Shown here one piece after another: positions 1 to 10,244 of a DNA stretch of 64,000 bases (the first letter of the stretch is position 1; each line of letters begins with the position of its first letter). Below the pieces are notes generated by a model. That model did no database searches. It worked only from the letters and a program-made list of their open reading frames with translations, and was not told the DNA's origin. The DNA comes from Escherichia phage DaisyDussoix: the sequence record MZ501058; one strand, written 5' to 3'. The position numbers and the translations under genes are program-made.

Positions 1-483
1 ATGGCAAATGATGTATTAGTACCAGATCTTATGTCCCCTGAAGGGATGGATGTGATTGAAGCTTATTTACAGTGCGGTAGCGATGTGCCTTCTGCCGCAC
101 GTAGTCTTGGAATGTCTGGAATTGCTTTCCGAGATATTATGAATCGTAGTGAAGTTAAGAATTACTTGAACGATATTTTTATGGAGAGTGGATTCCGTAA
201 CAGAGATCGTTTGTTCGGTGTTCTAGATGAAGTTATTAAACGTAAGCTGGAGGAACTGGAAGAAACTGGCATGGGTTCTGACCAGGATATTATGGATATT
301 CTCTGGAAGGCACATAAAATGAAGATGGAAGAGATGAAAATGATGGTGGAGCTAGAAAAAGCTAAAGCTGCCGTCCGTGCTCCTGCTAATCAGACCAATA
401 TCCAGAATAATATTATTGCTGGAGCTGGGGATCAAAACTACATGGACTTAATTACTTCCCTAGCTACTGGAGGTAAGAAGTAA
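1..483 (+). CDS. hypothetical protein, possible small terminase subunit / DNA-binding protein (may be 5'-truncated by window edge)
   Basis: 160-aa ORF beginning at nt 1; stop overlaps terL start (TAATG); sits immediately upstream of large terminase. Confidence 0.35.
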   Translation: MANDVLVPDLMSPEGMDVIEAYLQCGSDVPSAARSLGMSGIAFRDIMNRSEVKNYLNDIFMESGFRNRDRLFGVLDEVIKRKLEELEETGMGSDQDIMDILWKAHKMKMEEMKMMVELEKAKAAVRAPANQTNIQNNIIAGAGDQNYMDLITSLATGGKK

Positions 484-1799
484 TGGAAGTATCAAGACCC
501 TACGTTAACACAGTTGATGTTATTGATTTCGGAATAGACAAACGTTTCTTTCGTCTACCTGTTTCAGGAATACTAGCTCAAGAGGGTATTACACCTAATG
601 GTCCTCAAATAGCGATTATCAATGCGCTAGAAGACCCTAGACATCGTTTTGTAACGGCGTGTGTATCACGCCGTGTAGGTAAATCCTTCATCGCATACAC
701 ACTTGGGTTTCTAAAGTTGCTGGAGCCTAACGTAAAGGTGCTAGTAGTTGCTCCTAACTACTCACTGGCCAACATCGGATGGTCTCAGATTCGTGGTCTT
801 ATTAAAAAATATGGCCTACAAACCGAACGTGAGAATGCTAAAGATAAAGAGATTGAGTTAGCTAATGGTTCTCTGTTTAAACTAGCTTCTGCGGCGCAGG
901 CTGACTCCGCAGTTGGGCGTTCATATGACTTTATCATCTTTGATGAGGCGGCAATTTCCGATGTGGGTGGTGATGCCTTTAGAGTTCAGTTGCGTCCTAC
1001 CCTAGATAAACCAAACTCTAAGGCTCTATTTATCTCTACTCCTCGTGGTGGTAACTGGTTTAAAGAGTTTTATGCCTATGGATTTGATGATACATTACCT
1101 AACTGGGTATCTATTCATGGTACGTATCGTGATAACCCACGTGCTGATCTGAATGATATCGAAGAAGCACGTCGTACAGTTAGTAAAAACTACTTTCGTC
1201 AGGAATATGAGGCTGACTTCTCTGTATTCGAAGGTCAGATCTTTGATACCTTTAATGCTATAGACCATGTTAAAGACCTTAAAGGTATGCGTCACTTCTT
1301 TAAAGATGATGAAGCATTCGAAACGTTGCTTGGTATTGACGTTGGTTATCGTGATCCTACAGCAGTTCTTACTATTAAGTACCACTATGATACAGATACC
1401 TACTATGTATTAGAAGAGTACCAGCAGGCGGAGAAAACCACAGCTCAGCATGCGGCTTACATTCAGCACTGTATAGATCGTTATAAAGTTGATCGTGTTT
1501 TTGTTGACTCTGCCGCAGCTCAGTTCCGTCAGGACTTAGCTTATGAACATGAAATTGCATCGGCTCCAGCTAAAAAATCTGTCCTAGATGGATTAGCATG
1601 TTTACAAGCACTATTCCAACAAGGCAAGATTATTGTGGATGCTTCATGTTCCTCATTAATTCACGCATTGCAGAATTACAAGTGGGATTTCCAAGAAGGT
1701 GAAGAAAAATTATCACGTGAAAAACCACGTCATGATGCTAACTCTCACCTCTGTGATGCTCTGCGCTATGGAATTTACTCTATTTCCCGTGGTAAATAA
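483..1799 (+). CDS. terL: terminase large subunit
   Basis: 438 aa; deviant Walker A (SRRVGKS), Walker B (DFIIFDEAA), C-terminal Asp-rich nuclease region; SD GGAGG upstream. Confidence 0.9.
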   Translation: MEVSRPYVNTVDVIDFGIDKRFFRLPVSGILAQEGITPNGPQIAIINALEDPRHRFVTACVSRRVGKSFIAYTLGFLKLLEPNVKVLVVAPNYSLANIGWSQIRGLIKKYGLQTERENAKDKEIELANGSLFKLASAAQADSAVGRSYDFIIFDEAAISDVGGDAFRVQLRPTLDKPNSKALFISTPRGGNWFKEFYAYGFDDTLPNWVSIHGTYRDNPRADLNDIEEARRTVSKNYFRQEYEADFSVFEGQIFDTFNAIDHVKDLKGMRHFFKDDEAFETLLGIDVGYRDPTAVLTIKYHYDTDTYYVLEEYQQAEKTTAQHAAYIQHCIDRYKVDRVFVDSAAAQFRQDLAYEHEIASAPAKKSVLDGLACLQALFQQGKIIVDASCSSLIHALQNYKWDFQEGEEKLSREKPRHDANSHLCDALRYGIYSISRGK

Positions 1800-1913
1800 A
1801 TAAGTATAGGAAGGGATACTACTCAGTTGGTATCCCATTCCTGCATTTTAAAATCCCCTTTACAAATTCGATACGATTATGTATACTATATTCATACAGT
1901 TGAGGAGAACACT

Positions 1914-2351
1914 ATGGCAAGCAATATAAAATATAAACGCGATGCTATATCCCTTATGAGAGACGGAATAAAAAGTCAATATAAAAAAGACTCTCAATGT
2001 GCTATCTGCGGTTGTGCTGAAGAATTAGAGCTTCATCATTACCATACGGTGTCTCTACTAGTTAAAAAATTTGCTAAAGAACTCCAATTGGATTTCACTG
2101 ACGAAGAAATAGTCCTTTCAAATAGGACGGCATTCTATGATCGATATAGGCATGAGCTAGTAGAAGACACTGTTACCCTTTGTGTACACCATCACCAATT
2201 ATTACATAAGGTTTACACAAAAGAACCTCCTTTATTTTCTGCTAATAAGCAAAAAGTGTGGGTTCAAAAGCAGAAAGACAAATTACAGAATCCTCAAGAA
2301 AAGACACAAGTCAAGACTGAAACAAAATCAGGATTCGCAAGGTTCTTATAA
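1914..2351 (+). CDS. HNH-like zinc-binding nuclease (terminase-adjacent)
   Basis: Start moved to ATG 1914 with GAGGAG SD 6 nt upstream; motifs CAICGC...ELHHYH...LCVHHHQLLH resemble HNH core. Confidence 0.45.
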   Translation: MASNIKYKRDAISLMRDGIKSQYKKDSQCAICGCAEELELHHYHTVSLLVKKFAKELQLDFTDEEIVLSNRTAFYDRYRHELVEDTVTLCVHHHQLLHKVYTKEPPLFSANKQKVWVQKQKDKLQNPQEKTQVKTETKSGFARFL

Positions 2352-3568
2352 TGGGTTTTAAAAGCTGGATTACTGAAAAGCTAAATCCGGGTCAACGTAT
2401 TATAAGAGACATGGAACCAGTTAGTCATCGCACTAACCGTAAGCCTTTTACCACTGGACAAGCCTACAATAAAATTGAGATTCTCAATAGAACTGCTAAT
2501 ATGGTTATAGATAGTGCGGCGGAGTGTTCTTATACTGTCGGAGATAAATATAATATTGTCACGTATGCCAATGGCATCAAGGCAAAGACTCTAGACACTC
2601 TCTTAAATGTACGACCTAATCCATTCATGGATATAAGCACATTCCGTAGACTTGTAGTCACTGACCTACTTTTTGAAGGTTGTGCATACATCTATTGGGA
2701 TGGCACAGCACTTTACCATGTCCCTGCTGCATTAATGCAAGTAGAGGCAGATGCCAATAAGTTTATCAAAAAATTTATATTTAATAACCAGATAGACTAT
2801 CGCGTAGATGAGATTATCTTTATAAAGGATAACAGTTACGTGTGTGGCACAAATTCTCAAATTTCTGGACAATCTCGTGTTGCTACTGTTATTGATTCTC
2901 TTGAGAAGCGTTCTAAGATGCTTAACTTTAAAGAGAAATTCCTCGATAACGGAACCGTGATTGGACTTATTCTTGAGACGGATGAAATCCTGAACAAGAA
3001 ATTGCGTGAGCGTAAACAAGAAGAATTACAACTAGATTATAATCCTAGTACTGGTCAGTCCTCTGTCCTGATTCTAGATGGTGGTATGAAAGCTAAACCG
3101 TACTCCCAAATATCCTCTTTTAAAGATCTAGACTTTAAGGAAGACATTGAAGGATTTAATAAATCTATCTGTCTAGCCTTTGGTGTTCCGCAAGTGTTAC
3201 TTGATGGTGGTAATAACGCGAACATTCGACCAAATATCGAACTGTTCTATTACATGACTATCATTCCTATGCTGAACAAACTGACTAGTTCTCTTACTTT
3301 CTTTTTTGGTTATAAGATTACTCCTAATACTAAGGAAGTAGCTGCATTAACACCAGATAAAGAAGCTGAGGCTAAACATTTAACCTCATTGGTTAATAAT
3401 GGTATTATGACTGGTAACGAAGCTCGTTTAGAGCTGAACCTTGAACCTTTAGATGATGAGCAGATGGATAAGATTCGTATTCCTGCTAACGTTGCTGGTT
3501 CTGCAACAGGTGTGTCTGGTCAAGAAGGTGGTAGACCTCAAGGTTCCACCGAGGGAGATAAAGAATGA
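2351..3568 (+). CDS. portal protein (T5 pb7-like)
   Basis: 405 aa; position and size in terminase-portal-protease-capsid order; ATGA overlap with upstream ORF. Confidence 0.75.
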   Translation: MGFKSWITEKLNPGQRIIRDMEPVSHRTNRKPFTTGQAYNKIEILNRTANMVIDSAAECSYTVGDKYNIVTYANGIKAKTLDTLLNVRPNPFMDISTFRRLVVTDLLFEGCAYIYWDGTALYHVPAALMQVEADANKFIKKFIFNNQIDYRVDEIIFIKDNSYVCGTNSQISGQSRVATVIDSLEKRSKMLNFKEKFLDNGTVIGLILETDEILNKKLRERKQEELQLDYNPSTGQSSVLILDGGMKAKPYSQISSFKDLDFKEDIEGFNKSICLAFGVPQVLLDGGNNANIRPNIELFYYMTIIPMLNKLTSSLTFFFGYKITPNTKEVAALTPDKEAEAKHLTSLVNNGIMTGNEARLELNLEPLDDEQMDKIRIPANVAGSATGVSGQEGGRPQGSTEGDKE

Positions 3569-4047
3569 TTGATTATAATGGTCTAAAGACCATTTTTGGT
3601 GAAAAACTGCCAGAATCTCATATCTTCTTTGCTACGGTTGCTGCGCATAAATATGTTCCTAGTTACGCTTTTCTGCGTAGAGAACTAGGACTTTCATCTG
3701 CGCATACTAACCGTAAAGTATGGAAGAAATTTGTAGAGGCATATGGTAAAGCAGTTCCTCCTGCTCCACCATTAACTCTTTCTAAAGATTTAACTGCTAG
3801 CATGTCCGTTGAAGAGGGAGCAGCATTAACCCTTTCAGTTACTGCAACCGGCGGTACTGGTCCATATACTTATGCATGGACTAAAGATGGTTCTCCTATT
3901 CCAGATGCTTCAGGAGCTACCTATACTAAGCCTGCAGCAGCTACTGATGATTCGGGAGTCTATAAAGTAACGGTTACAGATAGCAAGAAAGTTAGTAAAC
4001 CTTCTACTGCATGCACAGTAACGGTTAATCCCGGTGTTGGAGGCTAA
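3565..4047 (+). CDS. head decoration protein with C-terminal Ig-like domain (T5 pb10-like)
   Basis: 160 aa; C-terminal half has Ig-like signature (LTLSVTATGGTGPYTYAWTKDG...VYKVTVTD); between portal and protease. Confidence 0.6.
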   Translation: MIDYNGLKTIFGEKLPESHIFFATVAAHKYVPSYAFLRRELGLSSAHTNRKVWKKFVEAYGKAVPPAPPLTLSKDLTASMSVEEGAALTLSVTATGGTGPYTYAWTKDGSPIPDASGATYTKPAAATDDSGVYKVTVTDSKKVSKPSTACTVTVNPGVGG

Positions 4048-4050
4048 TAA

Positions 4051-4683
4051 ATGACACAAGCTGCTATTGACTATAACAAGTTAAAATCAGCACCGGTTCA
4101 TTTAGATGCTTATATTAAATCTATTGATAGCGAATCCAAAGAGGGTGTTGTAAAAATCCGTGGATTCGCTAATACAATTAGTAAAGATCGCGCTGGTGAT
4201 GTAATTCCTGCCTCTGCATGGAAAACATCTAATGCACTTGCTAACTACATGAAAAACCCGATTATTCTTTTCGGACACGACCATCGTCGTCCAATCGGCA
4301 AGTGTATTGATCTTAATCCTACTGAAATGGGTCTCGAAATCGAATGTGAGATCTATGAAAGTTCTGACCCGGCTATCTTTTCGCTAATTAAAAACGGTGT
4401 ACTGAAAACTTTTAGTATCGGATTCCGCTGCCTAGATGCAGAGTGGGATGAAGCTACTGATATATTTATTATTAAAGATTTAGAACTATACGAAGTTTCG
4501 GTAGTTTCTGTACCTTGTAATCAGGACTCAACATTCAATCTCGCTAAGAGTATGAATGGTCATGATTATACTGAATGGCGTAAATCTTTTACTGCAATAA
4601 GTTCTAAAGCTGTCCCAGCTCAAGAACGTAATCTTTCTGAACTAGAAAAACTTGCGATAGCTTTAGGCTACGTTAAAGAATAA
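4051..4683 (+). CDS. prohead maturation protease (HK97-family-like)
   Basis: 210 aa; placed directly upstream of major capsid protein; size matches T5 pb11 from memory. Confidence 0.7.
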   Translation: MTQAAIDYNKLKSAPVHLDAYIKSIDSESKEGVVKIRGFANTISKDRAGDVIPASAWKTSNALANYMKNPIILFGHDHRRPIGKCIDLNPTEMGLEIECEIYESSDPAIFSLIKNGVLKTFSIGFRCLDAEWDEATDIFIIKDLELYEVSVVSVPCNQDSTFNLAKSMNGHDYTEWRKSFTAISSKAVPAQERNLSELEKLAIALGYVKE

Positions 4684-4700
4684 CGGAGAATTATTTAAAA

Positions 4701-6077
4701 ATGACTATTGATATTAATAAGCTGAAAGAAGAACTTGGTCTGGGTGATCTGGCTAAATCTCTGGAAGGTCTGACCGCTGCTCAGAAAGCTGCTGAAGCTG
4801 AACGTATGCGTAAAGAGCAGGAAGAAAAAGAACTGGCTCGTATGAATGACCTGGTTTCTAAAGCAGTTGGCGAAGATCGTCAGAAGCTAGAAGAAGCTCT
4901 GGAACTGGTTAAATCCCTGGATGAGAAATCTAAGAAGAGCGCAGAACTGTTTGCACAGACTGTAGAAAAACAGCAGGAAACTATTGTTGGTCTTCAGGAC
5001 GAAATCAAATCTCTGCTAGCAGCTCGTGAAGGTCGTTCCTTCGTTGGTGATAGCGTAACTAAAGCACTGTACGGTACTCAGGAAAACTTTGAAGATGAAG
5101 TTGAAAAACTGGTTCTTCTGTCTTACGTGATGGAAAAAGGTGTATTTGATACCGAACATGGCCAGAGACACCTGAAAACTGTAAACCAGTCCTCTTCAGT
5201 AGAAGTTTCTAGTGAAAGCTACGAAACTATTTTCTCCCAGCGTATTATTCGTGACCTGCAGAAAGAACTAGTAGTTGGTGCTCTGTTTGAAGAACTGCCA
5301 ATGTCCAGCAAAATTCTTACTATGCTGGTTGAACCAGATGCTGGTAAAGCTACTTGGGTAGATGCTAGCGCATATGGTACTGATGCTACTACTGGTGACG
5401 AAGTTAAAGGTGCTCTGACTGAAATTCAGTTCAAAACCTATAAACTGGCTGCTAAGTCCTTCATTACTGATGAAACTGAAGAAGATGCAATCTTCTCCCT
5501 GCTACCGCTGCTGCGTAAGCGTCTGATTGAAGCACACGCTGTTTCTATCGAAGAAGCTTTCATGACTGGTGACGGTACTGGTAAGCCTAAGGGTCTACTG
5601 AAACTGGCTGAAGGCGATAGTGCTAAAGTTATTACTGAAGCTAAAGCTGATGGTTCTGTTCTGGTAACTGCTAAAACTATCTCTAAACTGCGCCGTAAAC
5701 TGGGCCGTCATGGTCTGAAACTGAGCAAACTGGTACTGATTGTATCTATGGATGCTTATTACGATCTGCTGGAAGATGAAGAATGGCAGGATGTTGCCCA
5801 AGTTGGTAATGATGCTGTTAAACTGCAAGGTCAGGTTGGTCGTATTTACGGTCTGCCGGTTGTAGTTTCTGAGTTCTTCCCGGCTAAAGCTAACTCTGCA
5901 GAGTTCGCAGTTATTGTTTATAAAGATAACTTCGTAATGCCGCGTCAGCGTGCTGTTACTGTTGAACGTGAGCGCCAAGCTGGTAAACAGCGTGATGCGT
6001 ACTACGTTACTCAGCGTGTTAACCTGCAACGTTACTTTAATAACGGCGTTGTATCTGGTGCTTACGCTGCATCTTAA
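4701..6077 (+). CDS. major capsid protein with N-terminal coiled-coil scaffolding domain (T5 pb8-like)
   Basis: 458 aa; N-terminal charged coiled-coil then capsid fold region; near-identical to T5 pb8 as recalled. Confidence 0.9.
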   Translation: MTIDINKLKEELGLGDLAKSLEGLTAAQKAAEAERMRKEQEEKELARMNDLVSKAVGEDRQKLEEALELVKSLDEKSKKSAELFAQTVEKQQETIVGLQDEIKSLLAAREGRSFVGDSVTKALYGTQENFEDEVEKLVLLSYVMEKGVFDTEHGQRHLKTVNQSSSVEVSSESYETIFSQRIIRDLQKELVVGALFEELPMSSKILTMLVEPDAGKATWVDASAYGTDATTGDEVKGALTEIQFKTYKLAAKSFITDETEEDAIFSLLPLLRKRLIEAHAVSIEEAFMTGDGTGKPKGLLKLAEGDSAKVITEAKADGSVLVTAKTISKLRRKLGRHGLKLSKLVLIVSMDAYYDLLEDEEWQDVAQVGNDAVKLQGQVGRIYGLPVVVSEFFPAKANSAEFAVIVYKDNFVMPRQRAVTVERERQAGKQRDAYYVTQRVNLQRYFNNGVVSGAYAAS

Positions 6078-6096
6078 TACAGGCTTTTCAGCCGAT

Positions 6097-6139
6097 AAGG
6101 AGAGCTTCGGCTCTCCTTTTTTTTTTTTTTTTTTTTTTT
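6097..6139 (+). terminator. rho-independent terminator after capsid gene
   Basis: Stem AAGGAGAGC / GCTCTCCTT with TTCG loop followed by a 23-nt T run. Confidence 0.85.
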
Positions 6140-6153
6140 ATTGGGAAAAATAA

Positions 6154-6666
6154 ATGCAAATCATTACAGCCGAAGATTATAGATTATATGGTAGCTTAAA
6201 GCGACCTGAACTAGAATCCGGTGTAGAAATGATGATTACTGCTGCCAATGCGCTGATTACGAGCCTTCTAGGCATGGATGATGCTGATGCGGTAGACCAG
6301 TTAATCAATACAAAACCTACACGTAGGAAATATTTTCTGAGTTCACCATCTGCTACCTCCGTAACTAAAGTGACGATTAATGATAATGAGATTGACCCAG
6401 AGCAGTATAAACTATACTCTGACGGTATTATCCTTCTCAAATTTAATCCTCCAGAAGGTTATATGGACGTAGCGTATACACAAGGTGGATTTAACCCAGT
6501 GCCTGAAGATCTTAAGTTAGCAGCGTGTATGCTAGTAGATCATTGGCATAAACAAGATTATCGCCAAGCTAAAACAATTGGGGGTGAAACAGTAACCTTC
6601 AATAGCACTAAGTCTGGTATTCCAGAGCATATTCGTACTATTATTGAAGTATACAGGAGAGTATAA
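6154..6666 (+). CDS. head completion / connector protein (T5 p144-like)
   Basis: 170 aa; first gene after capsid terminator; synteny. Confidence 0.45.
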   Translation: MQIITAEDYRLYGSLKRPELESGVEMMITAANALITSLLGMDDADAVDQLINTKPTRRKYFLSSPSATSVTKVTINDNEIDPEQYKLYSDGIILLKFNPPEGYMDVAYTQGGFNPVPEDLKLAACMLVDHWHKQDYRQAKTIGGETVTFNSTKSGIPEHIRTIIEVYRRV

Positions 6667-7433
6667 TGTCTCTTTCCGATCTAGCTAAACAAATTATTAA
6701 AGAGCAGCTAGATACTGCAGGACGATCTGAAAATAATAAGAATACTGTTGTGTACTCTGTTGAGACAGGGTTAAAAGATCCTACCAGAGATGGTACTGTT
6801 GCTCAAGTATCTTTTAAGTTTTCAAAACCCGTATCACAAGATCTTCTTGATGTTAGAACAGCCTCTATACTAAAAGCGGTATCCTCTAGTTTAGATCTTT
6901 CGGGAGATTTAGGTGCTCTAGAGAACTTAATACAAGCAACCGCGGGTAAAAAATCTGCTGTAGGTAAAAAACGTTCTACAGGTAGAGTACAGGTAAACTT
7001 CGGTGATCCTAGAGATGTGGAAGATGGTTATTCTGGTGCAGTAACAGGTGCTTCCGGTCGTTTTGTATCAAATAGTAATATGCGTACTATTCTTGAAATA
7101 GTTGCTAAGGAATATTTGATAAAAGATATGAAAAAGGCAGGAGCGCCATTAAAGTTTAGAACTGGTAGATTTGCAAATTCTCTAAAAATTAAAGATGTTA
7201 TGCTTAGGGATGCAGAGACTAGTAAAGGTGCCCCCGAACTAAACGTGACGTATAATTATATGGTACGTCCATATTCTGTATTTAATCCAGCAGTATCTAC
7301 ATATCGAAGATTATCTCTACGACCTTACCCAGGCGCTAGAAACCCCCAAAAACTTATTGGTGAGGCTATAGCAAAAGCTGCAAGAGACCTGATTCACTCT
7401 AGATATAAAATCAAGGTTAATCAAGGAACCTAA
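6666..7433 (+). CDS. neck / tail-joining protein (T5 p143-like)
   Basis: 255 aa; synteny; stop/start overlap with upstream gene. Confidence 0.4.
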   Translation: MSLSDLAKQIIKEQLDTAGRSENNKNTVVYSVETGLKDPTRDGTVAQVSFKFSKPVSQDLLDVRTASILKAVSSSLDLSGDLGALENLIQATAGKKSAVGKKRSTGRVQVNFGDPRDVEDGYSGAVTGASGRFVSNSNMRTILEIVAKEYLIKDMKKAGAPLKFRTGRFANSLKIKDVMLRDAETSKGAPELNVTYNYMVRPYSVFNPAVSTYRRLSLRPYPGARNPQKLIGEAIAKAARDLIHSRYKIKVNQGT

Positions 7434-7436
7434 TAA

Positions 7437-7922
7437 ATGGATCATAGAACAAGTATTGCACAAGCTCTGGTTGACCGTATATCTAAACAGTTGGATGGCT
7501 CTCAACCTGATGAATATTTTAATAACCTATATGGAAACGTTTCTCGTCAAACTTATAAATTTGAGGAAATACGAGAGTTTCCTTATGTGGCAGTTCATAT
7601 CGGAACTGAAACTGGGCAGTATCTTCCTTCGGGCCAACAGTGGATGTTTTTAGAACTTCCAATCCTGGTGTACGATAAAGAGAAAACAGACATTCAAGAG
7701 CAACTTGAAAAACTCGTAGCGGATATAAAAACCGTTATTGACACAGGTGGAAATTTAGAATATACTGTTAGTAAACCTAATGGATCGACCTTCCCATGTG
7801 AGGCAACTGATATGATCATTACATCAGTTAGTACAGATGAGGGTCTACTGGCCCCATATGGTTTAGCAGAAATAAATGTAACAGTGAGGTATCAGCCTCC
7901 ACGTAGGTCACTTCGCAGATAA
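7437..7922 (+). CDS. tail completion protein (T5 p142-like)
   Basis: 161 aa; synteny immediately upstream of tail tube gene. Confidence 0.4.
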   Translation: MDHRTSIAQALVDRISKQLDGSQPDEYFNNLYGNVSRQTYKFEEIREFPYVAVHIGTETGQYLPSGQQWMFLELPILVYDKEKTDIQEQLEKLVADIKTVIDTGGNLEYTVSKPNGSTFPCEATDMIITSVSTDEGLLAPYGLAEINVTVRYQPPRRSLRR

Positions 7923-7948
7923 GTTACAGATTAGGAGAAAATAATTAA

Positions 7949-9343
7949 ATGTCTTTACAACTATTACGTAATACTCGAATCTTCGTGTCTACGGTTAAGA
8001 CTGGTCATAATAAGACCAACACGCAAGAGATTCTAGTTCAGGATGATATTTCTTGGGGTCAGGACAGTAACTCAACAGATATTACTGTTAATGAAGCTGG
8101 TCCGCGTCCAACTCGTGGTTCTAAACGTTTTAATGACTCTTTAAACGCAGCTGAGTGGAGTTTCTCCACTTACATCCTGCCCTATATCAATAAAGAGGAT
8201 CAGAAGCAAATCGTTCCTGACTATATGTTATGGCATGCACTTTCTAGTGGTAAAGCTATTAACTTAGGGGGTAATACAGGGGCACACAATAACGAAGCTA
8301 ACTTTATGGTTAACTTCAAAGATAACTCTTATCACGAGTTAGCAATGTTACATATTTATATTCTGACTGATAAAGCATGGAGTTATATTGATTCCTGTCA
8401 GATTAATCAGGCAGAAGTTAATGTTGATATTGAAGATATTGGCCGTGTAACTTGGTCTGGTAATGGTAATCAGCTTATTCCTCTGGATGAGCAACCATTT
8501 GATCCAGATGAGGTAGGTATTGATGATGAAACTTATATGACTATCCAGGGTTCTTATATTAAGAACAAACTGACTATCTTGAAAATTAAGGATATGGATA
8601 CCAATAAGTCTTATGACATACCTATTACTGGTGGTACTTTCACCATTAATAATAATATCACGTATCTAACCCCAAATATTATGTCCCGTGTAAATATTCC
8701 GATCGGTTCATTTACTGGCGCATTTGAACTAACTGGTTCATTAACTGCTTATCTGAATGATAAATCTCTTGGTTCTATGGAGCTGTATAAAGATCTTATC
8801 AAAACTCTGAAGGTAGTTAACCGCTTCGAAATTGCTCTAGTACTTGGTGGAGAATACGATGAAGAACGTCCTGCGGCTATTTTGGTAGCTAAACAAGCAC
8901 ACGTTAATATTCCTACTATTGAAACTGATGATGTACTTGGTACTTCAGTAGAGTTTAAAGCTATTCCATCTGATCTGGATGCTGGTGATGAAGGTTACTT
9001 AGGCTTCTCTAGTAAATATACCAAAACAACTATTAATAACTTGATTGTTAATGGTGATGGTGCTACTAATGCTGTAACCGCAATTACTGTTAAATCTGCT
9101 GGTGATGCTACTACAGTAAACAACTCGGCTACTCTTCAAATGAGTGTTGAAGTTACTCCTTCTTCCGCAAAGAATAAGGAAGTTACTTGGGCTATCACTG
9201 CCGGTGATGCAGCTACTATCAATGCAACAGGACTGTTAACAGCACATGCTAGTAAAACTGGTGCAGTAACTGTAGAAGCTACTGCTAAAGATGGTTCTGG
9301 AGTTAAAGGTACTAAACAGATTACTGTAACAGCAGGTGGTTAA
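7949..9343 (+). CDS. major tail tube protein with C-terminal Ig-like (Big_2-type) domain (T5 pb6-like)
   Basis: 464 aa; C-terminal ~90 aa Ig-like (VTAITVKSAGDATTV...KQITVTAGG); SD AGGAG upstream. Confidence 0.8.
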   Translation: MSLQLLRNTRIFVSTVKTGHNKTNTQEILVQDDISWGQDSNSTDITVNEAGPRPTRGSKRFNDSLNAAEWSFSTYILPYINKEDQKQIVPDYMLWHALSSGKAINLGGNTGAHNNEANFMVNFKDNSYHELAMLHIYILTDKAWSYIDSCQINQAEVNVDIEDIGRVTWSGNGNQLIPLDEQPFDPDEVGIDDETYMTIQGSYIKNKLTILKIKDMDTNKSYDIPITGGTFTINNNITYLTPNIMSRVNIPIGSFTGAFELTGSLTAYLNDKSLGSMELYKDLIKTLKVVNRFEIALVLGGEYDEERPAAILVAKQAHVNIPTIETDDVLGTSVEFKAIPSDLDAGDEGYLGFSSKYTKTTINNLIVNGDGATNAVTAITVKSAGDATTVNNSATLQMSVEVTPSSAKNKEVTWAITAGDAATINATGLLTAHASKTGAVTVEATAKDGSGVKGTKQITVTAGG

Positions 9344-9347
9344 TTAA

Positions 9348-10244
9348 ATGTTTTATTCTCTCATGCGAGAGTCTAAAATAGTTGTTGAGTATGATGGTAG
9401 AGGGTATCATTTCGATGCCCTCTCTAACTATGACGCTAGTACGTCTTTTCAAGAGTTTAAAACTCTTAGACGTACTATTCATAATCGTACCAACTATGCA
9501 GACTCTATTATTAATGCTCAAGATCCTTCATCTATTTCATTGGCAATAAATTTCAGTACTACGCTTATTGAATCTAATTTCTTTGATTGGATGGGATTCA
9601 CGCGTGAGGGAAATTCTTTATTTTTGCCAAGAAATACCCCCAGTATTGAACCTATTATGTTCAATATGTATATTATTAATCATAATAATAGCTGTATTTA
9701 TTTCGAAAACTGCTATGTATCAACAGTTGATTTTTCTCTAGATAAGAGTATACCGATCCTAAATGTTGGTATTGAGTCTGGAAAATTCTCTGAAGTATCT
9801 ACTTTCAGCGATGGATACACAATTACACAGGGTGAAGTACTTCCATATAGCCCTCCAGCTGTGTATACTAATAGCGCACCATTGCCTGCATTAGTTTCAG
9901 CATCTATGTCCTTCCAGCAACAATGTTCCTGGAGAGAAGATAGAAGTATATTTGATATAAATAAAGTTTACACTAATAAACGAGCTTATGTCAATGAGAT
10001 GAATGCTTCCGCAACGCTATCTTTCTATTACGTTAAGAGATTGGTAGGAGATAAGTTCTTGAATCTAGATCCTGAAACAAGAACTCCACTAATTATTAAA
10101 AATAAATATGTTTCTATAACATTCCCTTTAGCACGTATTTCAAAACGCCTAAACTTCTCAGATTTGTATCAGGTAGAATATGATGTAATTCCTACTGCTG
10201 ATTCAGATCCTGTAGAAATAAACTTCTTTGGAGAAAGAAAATAA
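9348..10244 (+). CDS. tail protein (T5 p140-like)
   Basis: 298 aa; synteny between tail tube and chaperone/tape measure genes. Confidence 0.45.
   Translation: MFYSLMRESKIVVEYDGRGYHFDALSNYDASTSFQEFKTLRRTIHNRTNYADSIINAQDPSSISLAINFSTTLIESNFFDWMGFTREGNSLFLPRNTPSIEPIMFNMYIINHNNSCIYFENCYVSTVDFSLDKSIPILNVGIESGKFSEVSTFSDGYTITQGEVLPYSPPAVYTNSAPLPALVSASMSFQQQCSWREDRSIFDINKVYTNKRAYVNEMNASATLSFYYVKRLVGDKFLNLDPETRTPLIIKNKYVSITFPLARISKRLNFSDLYQVEYDVIPTADSDPVEINFFGERK

Noticed and set aside
1812-1836. Hairpin between terminase and the HNH-like gene as a terminator
   Set aside because: A 7-bp stem with a 10-nt loop and no downstream T run; more likely incidental or a minor RNA structure.
5950-6153. 67-aa plus-strand ORF ending in a poly-Phe tract
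   Set aside because: It is the translation of the capsid-gene 3' end, the terminator hairpin and the 23-nt T run in another frame, not a gene.
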